From Planctomycetota bacterium (GTDB taxonomy: Bacteria; Planctomycetota; PUPC01; DSUN01): DNA of 64,000 nt. Shown here piece by piece: positions 54,697 through 61,419 of this stretch. The stretch lies in assembly GCA_035527715.1 (NCBI GenBank), contig DATKZY010000028.1:17416-81415 (forward strand), read 5' to 3'. A model generated the notes under the pieces. The model was given only the letters and a program-made list of their open reading frames with translations, was not told the DNA's origin and did no database searches. The translations under genes and the position numbers were made by a program. Positions within the stretch are counted from its first letter, which is position 1. The number at the start of each line of letters is the position of its first letter.

Positions 54697-55572
54697 TCAC
54701 TGCTCGGCAGGGGGGGCCAGGAGGCGGGTGAGCAGCTCGGCCACGGTCACCAGGTCGTGCCGGTTGTGCTGGACGATGAGGGCGATCTCGCGGGCGTCGC
54801 CCGTGCGCACGTAGTCGTGGTAGGCCCGGCCGATGTCGGCCCCCGCGATGTCGGCGCCGCGGTGGCGGCGGCAGATGCAGCGCTCGAGGGTCTGGAGACG
54901 GCAGTCGGGCAGCGTGCCGCCGTACCGCCGGCGGGCCGCGTGCAACAGGTCGAAGTGCAGCGGCGGCTCGGGCAGCACCACCCGCGCCCTCGCCGCCCGG
55001 GCGCGGAGGGAGGGGACGTCGAAGGTCTTGCCGTTGAAGGTCACGAGCAGCCGCGCGTCGCGTGCCTGCTCGGCGAAGCAGGCCAGGATGCTCGCCTCCT
55101 CGGCGTAGGTGCGGGCGAGGAGCTGTCGGCACACGAGGTGGCCGTCGCGCCACACGAGCGTGCCGATGAGGAAGATCGTCGCCGTGCCGAGGCCGGTCGT
55201 CTCCACGTCCAGGAAGCAGGCGTCCTCGGGCCCCAGGGGCGGCGCGTCCCCGAGGGGCAGCGAGGCCAAGGCGCGCGGCAGGGCTGGGGCGAGCTGCGGC
55301 CCGGCCGGCGATTCGATCAGATAGAAAGCCGGTCCCCTCGGGCTCGAGGCCTCGATGCCCTCGACGAGGCGGTCGAGCGGGATGCAGATGCCGGGGCCGC
55401 TCTCGGCGCGGCGCGGCGCCTCGCGCGGCAGGTCGCGGCGATAGACGATTGCGTCGGATGGCGGCGTGTTCGGCGCGGACGCGGCGGCGAGCCGGGCGAG
55501 CTTTCTGCGGAGGCCCCGCAGAGCATCGCCCTGGCGGGCGGGGGCGGAGTCGTCTGGTCTGTCGGCGTTCAC
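54697..55572 (-). CDS. YprB/MrfB-like RNase H-fold (DnaQ-like) exonuclease
   Basis: FLDVETTGL (exo I), LVTFNGKTFDVP (exo II) and QHNRHDLVT (exo III-like). GTG start. Confidence 0.65.
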   Translation of the reverse strand: MNADRPDDSAPARQGDALRGLRRKLARLAAASAPNTPPSDAIVYRRDLPREAPRRAESGPGICIPLDRLVEGIEASSPRGPAFYLIESPAGPQLAPALPRALASLPLGDAPPLGPEDACFLDVETTGLGTATIFLIGTLVWRDGHLVCRQLLARTYAEEASILACFAEQARDARLLVTFNGKTFDVPSLRARAARARVVLPEPPLHFDLLHAARRRYGGTLPDCRLQTLERCICRRHRGADIAGADIGRAYHDYVRTGDAREIALIVQHNRHDLVTVAELLTRLLAPPAEQ

Positions 55573-55704
55573 GGCACAGGGTCCAAGGCAGGAGAAAACC
55601 CGCCAGCGGCTCGGGCCGAGGCCCGTCGGCGGCAGCGATGCGGGCGCACACCGCTTCTCCTACTACTCTACTCTCTCACGCCCGGCTGTGCAAGGGCCAC
55701 TTGC

Positions 55705-56703
55705 TCACACAGCCGGCTTGCCGAGGGCCTCGAAGGTCGTGCGGATGGCCTGAAGCTCGGTGGCGGAGAGGCGGATGTCGGCGGCCCTGGCGTTCTCGCG
55801 GGCCTGCTGGGGGTTGCGGGCGCCCACGATGGCGGCGGTGACGCCCGGCTGGGCGACCGTCCACGCGATGGTCACCTGGCCGAGCGTGGCCTGGTGGGCC
55901 TCGGCGATGGGCTTCACCTTTTCGAGGGCGTCGAGCACGCGGCGGCGATTCGCCGGCTGGAACCAGGGGCGGTCGCTGCGATAGTCGCCCTCGGGGAACG
56001 TGCGGTCCATGGTCACCTTGCCCGTCAGCAGGCCCTGGTCCAGGGGGCTGTAGACGATGACGCCCACGCCCCGCTCGCGGCAGAAGGGCAACACGTCGGC
56101 CTCGATCTTGCGGTCGAGCAGGCTGTACTTCGGCTGGTCGCTGGCGAGCGGGCCATGCTTTAGGCATTCGGCCATCATTTCGACCGTGAAGTTGCTCACG
56201 CCGATGGCGCGGATCTTGCCCTGCTGCTTGAGCGTCACGAGGGCCTCCATCGTCTCTGCGAGGGGGGCCGACGCGTCGGGCCAGTGGCACTGGTAGAGGT
56301 CAATCACGTCGGTGCCCAGGCGTGTCAGGCTCTGCTCGACCTCCGCGATGACGGCGGCCTTGTGCAGGTTGCGCACCACGGTGCATTCCGTGCCGTCGAG
56401 GCCCTTGTAGGTCCACGGGTTCGAGCCCTCGCCTGGCGTGTCCCAGCGCAGGCCGCACTTGGTGGCGAGGATCACCTTGTCGCGGCGGCCCTGGATGGCC
56501 TTGCCGACGATTTCCTCGCTGTGGCCCATGCCGTAGATGGGCGCCGTGTCAATGCAGTCGATCCCCGAGTCGAGCGCGGCGTGGATGGCGCGGATCGAAT
56601 CCGCGTCGTCCTGCCCGCCCCAGAACCACCCGCCGACGGCCCAGGCGCCGAAGATGACGGTGGGGATGTTCAGGTCGCTCTGCCCGAGTTGCCGATGTTC
56701 CAA
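55705..56703 (-). CDS. Aldo/keto reductase
   Basis: GAWAVGGWFWGGQDDADSIRAIHAALDSGIDCIDTAPIYGMGHSEEIVGKAI. The TTG start is supported by an AGGAGG RBS 6 nt upstream. Confidence 0.85.
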   Translation of the reverse strand: MEHRQLGQSDLNIPTVIFGAWAVGGWFWGGQDDADSIRAIHAALDSGIDCIDTAPIYGMGHSEEIVGKAIQGRRDKVILATKCGLRWDTPGEGSNPWTYKGLDGTECTVVRNLHKAAVIAEVEQSLTRLGTDVIDLYQCHWPDASAPLAETMEALVTLKQQGKIRAIGVSNFTVEMMAECLKHGPLASDQPKYSLLDRKIEADVLPFCRERGVGVIVYSPLDQGLLTGKVTMDRTFPEGDYRSDRPWFQPANRRRVLDALEKVKPIAEAHQATLGQVTIAWTVAQPGVTAAIVGARNPQQARENARAADIRLSATELQAIRTTFEALGKPAV

Positions 56704-56730
56704 CAGTCTCCTCCTTCAGTTGCGGGGTCT

Positions 56731-56760
56731 CGCACGACGCGTGACCCGTGACGCGTGATG
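56731..56760. repeat. Heptanucleotide array (CGTGACN-type)
   Basis: cgcacga cgcgtga cccgtga cgcgtga tg. It belongs to the same unit family as 30099-30172. Confidence 0.7.
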
Positions 56761-56767
56761 CCCTGGA

Positions 56768-57283
56768 CTACCAGGTTTCGTGGTGGATTCTCGCGGCGTC
56801 GTAGTAGTCGGCCGGGGCCTTCTGCTCGGCAGGGACGCCGACCGCGATGACGGCGAAGGGGACGACGTGCTCGGGCAGGGAGAAGAGCTTGCGGCAGCCC
56901 TCCTCGCGCTCGGGGCGCGGGTGCACGCCGCACCAGCAGGCGCCGAGGCCCAGGTTCGCCGCGGCCAGCAGCAGGTTCTGCGTCGCCGCCGCGCAGTCCT
57001 GCACCCAGTAGCCCGGGTACTGCTGGCTCGACAGGTCGCCGCACACGACGATGGCGAGCGTCGCCGTCCCGAGCATGCTCGCATAGGGGTGCACCGTCAT
57101 GACGGCCTCGAGCCGCGCGCGGTCGCGGACGACGATGAACGCCCAGGCCTGCTGGTTGCCGGCCGAGGGCGCGGACATGGCGGCGCGGAGCAGGGTCTCG
57201 ACCTGCGCATCGCTCACCTCCGCGCCCTTCTGGTACTGCCGAATGCTCCGCCGCTTCTGGATGAACTCGAGCACGTTGTCCAT
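56768..57283 (-). CDS. Nitroreductase family protein
   Basis: ATG 57283 gives MDNVLEFIQKRRSIRQYQKG...MSAPSAGNQQAWAFIVV. Confidence 0.8.
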   Translation of the reverse strand: MDNVLEFIQKRRSIRQYQKGAEVSDAQVETLLRAAMSAPSAGNQQAWAFIVVRDRARLEAVMTVHPYASMLGTATLAIVVCGDLSSQQYPGYWVQDCAAATQNLLLAAANLGLGACWCGVHPRPEREEGCRKLFSLPEHVVPFAVIAVGVPAEQKAPADYYDAARIHHETW

Positions 57284-57285
57284 CG

Positions 57286-57693
57286 CTAGCCTCCTTTGCC
57301 CTCGCTCTCGCGCGGGAGGGCGAGATCGAGGGCGATGCCCAGCATCACGCCCGCCGCGTAGCAGACCAGGTCGCTCCACAGGAACTCGTAGCCGAGGGCC
57401 AGCCCCCCCACCGTGGTGCCCCGCAGCGCGTCAATCCACGGAGCGTGGTAGAGCTGGCTCGCCTCGACAAGGCACGAGACGGCGAACGCCAGGGCCGCGG
57501 CACGCAACGTGCTCCACGCGGGAAACGCGATCCCCACGAGGAGAAAGGCCGTGGTCGCCCAGAGCGTGTCGCCGCCATATCGGGCCACCAGCGGCGGCAG
57601 GGACCCCCCGAACCAGCGCGTGCACAACGCCGCCAGGACGACCAGCGGGATCAGGCACGCGCACACGCCTCGCCGTCGCCGCTTCCTCGCCAC
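57286..57693 (-). CDS. DUF2809 membrane protein
   Basis: Only the last 136 codons of the 984-aa track ORF look real. A GTG start gives VARKRRRRGVCACLIPLVVLAAL, then YGGDTLWATTAFLLV and QLYHAPWIDALRGTTVGGLALGYEFLWSDLVCYAAGV, which are family hallmarks. Confidence 0.65.
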   Translation of the reverse strand: MARKRRRRGVCACLIPLVVLAALCTRWFGGSLPPLVARYGGDTLWATTAFLLVGIAFPAWSTLRAAALAFAVSCLVEASQLYHAPWIDALRGTTVGGLALGYEFLWSDLVCYAAGVMLGIALDLALPRESEGKGG

Positions 57694-57741
57694 CTTCTTC
57701 CCCCCGCGCCCTCCCTCCCTCCCTCCACGCAACAAGACGCC

Positions 57742-57770
57742 ACTATAGGCAGAGCGCCGCGTCGAGTCAA
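57742..57770 (-). promoter_or_regulatory. Sigma70-like promoter candidate (DUF2809-nitroreductase operon)
   Basis: Minus strand reads TTGACT-N17-TATAGT. Confidence 0.5.
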
Positions 57771-57776
57771 CCACAC

Positions 57777-57805
57777 TTGACGCCTTCGCGCTCGCTTGGT
57801 AGGAT
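57777..57805 (+). promoter_or_regulatory. Sigma70-like promoter candidate (divergent, for 57853 gene)
   Basis: TTGACG-N17-TAGGAT. Confidence 0.45.
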
Positions 57806-57852
57806 GCTCGTGCGGGAGTGTGGCAGTGGCCCTTGGCGCAAAGGAGGCGACG

Positions 57853-58677
57853 ATGGCGGACATCCAGATCGGGTTGAACACCGAGGCGTTCCGGCACGCC
57901 GACAAGTCGCTCGAGTACTGCCTCGACGCGACGGCGCGGCTCGGCTACCGGTACGTGGAGCTGAACGTGCAGACGGGCCGCGACCTGTTCTCGGAGGCCC
58001 TCTACTCGGCCTCGGTGAGCATGGAGCGCGACCCGCTCGAGATCAAGGCCATGCTCGACAAGCGGGGCCTCAAGGTCAGCGGCCTGAGCTGCCACGCGCC
58101 CATGGCCCAGCCCGAGATCAGCGTGCCGTTCCACACCCAGGCCATCCTCTTCGCCCACGCGCTCGGCGCCCGCTGCATCAACACCGACGAGGGGGTCGTG
58201 CCCGACTGGATGAGCGAGGACGAGGCATTCGAGATCATCAGGTACTCGCTGCGCAAGATCCTGCCCGTCGCCGAGCGACACAAGGTCCACGTTGCCCTCG
58301 AACAGCACCAGAAGTTCACCGTCCAGCTCCCGCTCTACAAGAAGATCCTCGGCCTCGTCGCCTCGCCCTACATGAGCTGCAACCCCGACACGGGGAACAT
58401 CTTCATGTCGGGCGGCGACCCCTACAAGACCATCGAGGCCATTGCCAAGCGGATCGTGCACGTCCATGCCAAGGACGTGAAGGTCTCGAAAGAGGTCGGC
58501 AAGGTCACGGGCGTGCCATCGGGCTGCGCCTGCGGGGACGGCGAGATAGACTGGCCGCGCGTGGTGAAGATTCTGCGGAAGGCCGGCTTCCGGGGCGTGC
58601 TCGCCGTCGAGTGCGGCACCGAGGAGCAGGCGGCCCGCAGCATCGCCTACCTCAGGAAGGTGCTGCGCGCGAAGTAG
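57853..58677 (+). CDS. Sugar phosphate isomerase/epimerase (xylose isomerase-like TIM barrel), cytoplasmic
   Basis: AAGGAGG RBS. MADIQIGLNTEAFRHADKSLEYCLDATARLGYRYVELN, VHVALEQH and IVHVHAKD. Confidence 0.8.
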   Translation: MADIQIGLNTEAFRHADKSLEYCLDATARLGYRYVELNVQTGRDLFSEALYSASVSMERDPLEIKAMLDKRGLKVSGLSCHAPMAQPEISVPFHTQAILFAHALGARCINTDEGVVPDWMSEDEAFEIIRYSLRKILPVAERHKVHVALEQHQKFTVQLPLYKKILGLVASPYMSCNPDTGNIFMSGGDPYKTIEAIAKRIVHVHAKDVKVSKEVGKVTGVPSGCACGDGEIDWPRVVKILRKAGFRGVLAVECGTEEQAARSIAYLRKVLRAK

Positions 58678-58702
58678 GCGCACGGCGCATGCTGGCCTCA
58701 TG

Positions 58703-58740
58703 AGAAAGGCCCTTCGCCCGCCGCGGCGAGGGGCCCTTCT
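58703..58740 (+). terminator. Terminator-like hairpin (no U-tract)
   Basis: agaaaggcccttcgcc cgccgcg ggcgaggggcccttct. The stem is 16 bp with one mismatch and one G-U pair, 25 nt after the stop. Confidence 0.3.
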
Positions 58741-59018
58741 GCGCGCTCGGCGGGCTGCGTGTAGTCTCCCACGCCGTTTCGGGGCTGTTGGCACGCGGCG
58801 CGCGACTCTGCCAACCCAAAGCGGTGCTTCGCACCCGCACTCCGAAAGGCTGCCGCCCGCTCTTGTGGCTCCAGCCGAGGATGTGCGTGAGCCTTTGGGA
58901 GTGCGAGCGCGGGAGCGCCGCTTTGGATTACCGCGGCGCGGACCCTGCGCGAAACAGCAATGCTCCGCCGCCGTGGCCACGGCGCAGGAGATTGCACGCA
59001 CCCGCTCGGCATCGTGTC

Positions 59019-59047
59019 TTGTGCTCTGGCACCGAAGGGAGTATACT
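59019..59047 (+). promoter_or_regulatory. Sigma70-like promoter candidate for the ArsA-like gene
   Basis: TTGTGC-N17-TATACT, 35 nt upstream of ATG 59083. Confidence 0.4.
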
Positions 59048-59082
59048 CGGCAGAGGGGAAGCCACCGGCTGCGAGGTGGGCG

Positions 59083-60288
59083 ATGAGGATCATCCTGTAC
59101 GCCGGCAAGGGAGGCGTGGGCAAGACCACGATGTCGGCGGCCACGGGCGTCGAGTGCGCCCGCCGCGGCAACCGCACCCTCGTGATGTCGCTCGACCCCG
59201 CGCACAGCCTGTCGGACTCCTTCGACCTGCCGGGGTCGCTGATGGGCTTCGGGGGCGGGCAGCCGGTGGCGGTGGACGAGAATCTGTGGATTCAGGAGCT
59301 GGACCTCCAGCGGGAGCTGGAGGAGAACTGGGGCGAGGTGTTCCGCTACCTGGCGTCGCTGCTGCGGACGACGGGGCTGCGCGAGGTGCTGGCCGACGAG
59401 CTGGCCATCCTCCCCGGCATGGAGGAGGTCGCCTGCCTCCTCTACATCAACCGCTACGCGCGCGAGAAGAAGTTCGACGTCGTGGTGCTCGACTGCGCGC
59501 CGACGGGCGAGGCGATGCGCTTCATCAGCCTGCCGACCAGCCTGGAATGGTACATGCGGAAGATCTTCAAGCTCGAGCGGAACATCATGCGGGTCGTCCG
59601 CCCCGTGGCCAAGCGCCTCACCAGCTTGCCGCTGCCCGACGACGACTACTTCGAGGCCATCCAGCGCCTCTTCGGGCGCCTCGAGGGCATCGAGAAGCTG
59701 CTCCGCGACCCCGCCATCACCACCGCTCGCCTCGTGACCAATCCCGAGAGAATGGTGCTGAGGGAGACCCAGCGCGCGTTCACCTACTTCCACCTGTTCG
59801 ACGTGACGGTGGACGCGATCGTCATCAACCGCATTCTGCCGCCGGCGGTGCAGGACGAATTCTTCGCGAAGTGGCGCGAGTCGCAGCGGGGCTACATCGA
59901 GGAGGCCGAGAGCTACTTCGCCCCGGTGCCCCTGTGGCAGGTGGAGCTGGGCCGCCGCGAGATGCTCGGGCGGGCCGAGCTGGGCCGATTGGCCAGCAGC
60001 CTCTTCAAGGACAAGGACCCCGCCGACGTCTTCTTCACCGGCAAGGCATTCGAGTTCACGAAGAGCGACGGGCGCTACGTCCTCTCCATCCGCGCGCCGT
60101 TCCTGAAGAGCGGGGAGATTGACCTGATGAAGAACAACGACGAGCTGATCGTGCGGGTCGGCTCGTTCAAGCGGTTTGTCGCCCTGCCGCGTCGCGTGGC
60201 GGCGCTGGAGCCTTCGGCGGCCACGCTCGAGGGCGGCCACGTGCGAATCGTGTTTGGAGGAAGCCCCGATGGCCAGGAAGACGGATGA
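59083..60288 (+). CDS. ArsA/Get3 (TRC40) family ATPase
   Basis: MRIILYAGKGGVGKTTMSAATG deviant Walker A, followed by LVMSLDPAHSLSDSF and VVLDCAPTGEAMRF. Confidence 0.85.
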   Translation: MRIILYAGKGGVGKTTMSAATGVECARRGNRTLVMSLDPAHSLSDSFDLPGSLMGFGGGQPVAVDENLWIQELDLQRELEENWGEVFRYLASLLRTTGLREVLADELAILPGMEEVACLLYINRYAREKKFDVVVLDCAPTGEAMRFISLPTSLEWYMRKIFKLERNIMRVVRPVAKRLTSLPLPDDDYFEAIQRLFGRLEGIEKLLRDPAITTARLVTNPERMVLRETQRAFTYFHLFDVTVDAIVINRILPPAVQDEFFAKWRESQRGYIEEAESYFAPVPLWQVELGRREMLGRAELGRLASSLFKDKDPADVFFTGKAFEFTKSDGRYVLSIRAPFLKSGEIDLMKNNDELIVRVGSFKRFVALPRRVAALEPSAATLEGGHVRIVFGGSPDGQEDG

Positions 60289-60499
60289 GGGGCAGTTCCG
60301 CTGCCCCGTCTACGAGGTCCTCGACCGGCTGTGCAGCAAGGGCAAGTGCACCGCGGCCTTCTTCGACCACCTCAAGAAGGCCCAGGTCGAGCTTCTGCTC
60401 GCCGTGCGCAGCGTGATTGACCAGCGGGTGGAGCACCTGACCCGCGAGGCCAAGGCGAAGCCCCGCGCGCAGCGGATCAAGGTGACGGCGGAGGAGTAA
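60269..60499 (+). CDS. Small hypothetical protein overlapping the ArsA-like gene's 3' end
   Basis: ATG 60269 gives MARKTDEGQFRCPVYEVLDRLCSKGKC... (76 aa). It overlaps the upstream gene by 20 nt, which suggests translational coupling. Confidence 0.4.
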   Translation: MARKTDEGQFRCPVYEVLDRLCSKGKCTAAFFDHLKKAQVELLLAVRSVIDQRVEHLTREAKAKPRAQRIKVTAEE

Positions 60500-60538
60500 G
60501 GCTCCTCGGCAAGCTCGGAATGACATTCCGGCGGCCGG

Positions 60539-61261
60539 CTACTCGTTGCCGGCCGGGGCTGGGGCGCCGAGGTCGAGCGGCGAGGCGGTGCGGCGGTACC
60601 GGGTGCGCCACACCTGCTTCTGCTCGTCGGTGAGCACGCTCTCGATGTTGGCGAGCCAGGTCTGGTTGACGGCGGCGCATTTCTTGAGTGCCTCGTAGTA
60701 GGCCTTGCGCACCGTGGCGTACTCCTTGTGCTCCGCCGGCTCCTTCGGCGCCGCGAGGGCCTGGAGGGCCTTGAGCTTGTCCTCCATGTCCGCACGAGCC
60801 GCCCGCTCGCTGTCCGCCAGCTCCTTCTGCTTGGTCATGAGCTGGCTCACCTGGTCGTCCTTGAGCTTCAACCAGTCAATGACCGGCTGGAGCTGCTTGC
60901 GTGCCGCATACTCCGCCTGCCGGTCCATGGGGAGGTGTTTGGCGATGAATGCGTCGAGGTCCTTCTCCTGCCGGGCGAGCGCCGCCACGGCCTTGTCCAC
61001 CTCCCCCTGCGCCTCCTGAAGCTTGTCCCGAGCAGTCTTGACCGCATCGAAGAGCGCGGCGCGTTCGCCGTTGAGCCGCTCGGCCTCTTTCTTCACCGTC
61101 TTCACGTCGTCGTCAATCATGCCGAGACCGACCAGGAGGCTCTCGGAGATGGCAAGGACGGGGCTTTCGCCTGGGACGCGGACGCGGGGGATCTCAGCCG
61201 GCTCTCCCGCGAACGCGGCGGAACCGAGGCCGACGAGGGCAGCCAGCATCACGTGGCGCAT
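60539..61261 (-). CDS. Secreted coiled-coil protein (hypothetical)
   Basis: ATG 61261 gives MRHVMLAALVGLGSAAFAGEP (signal). Long Lys/Glu/Ala-rich helices follow. Confidence 0.55.
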   Translation of the reverse strand: MRHVMLAALVGLGSAAFAGEPAEIPRVRVPGESPVLAISESLLVGLGMIDDDVKTVKKEAERLNGERAALFDAVKTARDKLQEAQGEVDKAVAALARQEKDLDAFIAKHLPMDRQAEYAARKQLQPVIDWLKLKDDQVSQLMTKQKELADSERAARADMEDKLKALQALAAPKEPAEHKEYATVRKAYYEALKKCAAVNQTWLANIESVLTDEQKQVWRTRYRRTASPLDLGAPAPAGNE

Positions 61262-61361
61262 CACCTGACTCCTTCGTGAGACGATGTCCAATGGGCCTGT
61301 GCAAAGCACAGGAATGATAGCGCCGGGGCAGGCGAAAAGCAAGCGCTTTTGCCGCCCTTGC

Positions 61362-61391
61362 TTGACAGGCCGGCGGAGCGTGTGATATAAC
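61362..61391 (+). promoter_or_regulatory. Sigma70-like promoter candidate with extended -10 for topA
   Basis: TTGACA-N18-TATAAC, preceded by TG (tgaTATAAC). It lies 29 nt upstream of GTG 61420, which has an AAGGAG RBS. Confidence 0.5.
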
Positions 61392-61419
61392 CTCGTCCCC
61401 TGACCATCAAGGAGACACT

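Noticed and set aside
58741-59018. A possible ncRNA or riboswitch in the ~400-bp gap upstream of the ArsA-like gene.
   Set aside because: No conserved riboswitch core or convincing extended structure could be recognised by eye. It is better tested with Rfam/Infernal than asserted.
57694-60240. The upstream ~850 codons of the 984-aa minus-strand ORF 57286-60240.
   Set aside because: That part is antisense to the well-supported TIM-barrel (57853-58677) and ArsA-like (59083-60288) genes and is low-complexity. Only the last 136 codons (DUF2809 signature) are credible.
60505-60535. A bidirectional terminator between the convergent genes at 60499 and 60539.
   Set aside because: The only palindrome (cggaatg a cattccg) has a 1-nt loop and no U-tract. 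It is too weak to call.
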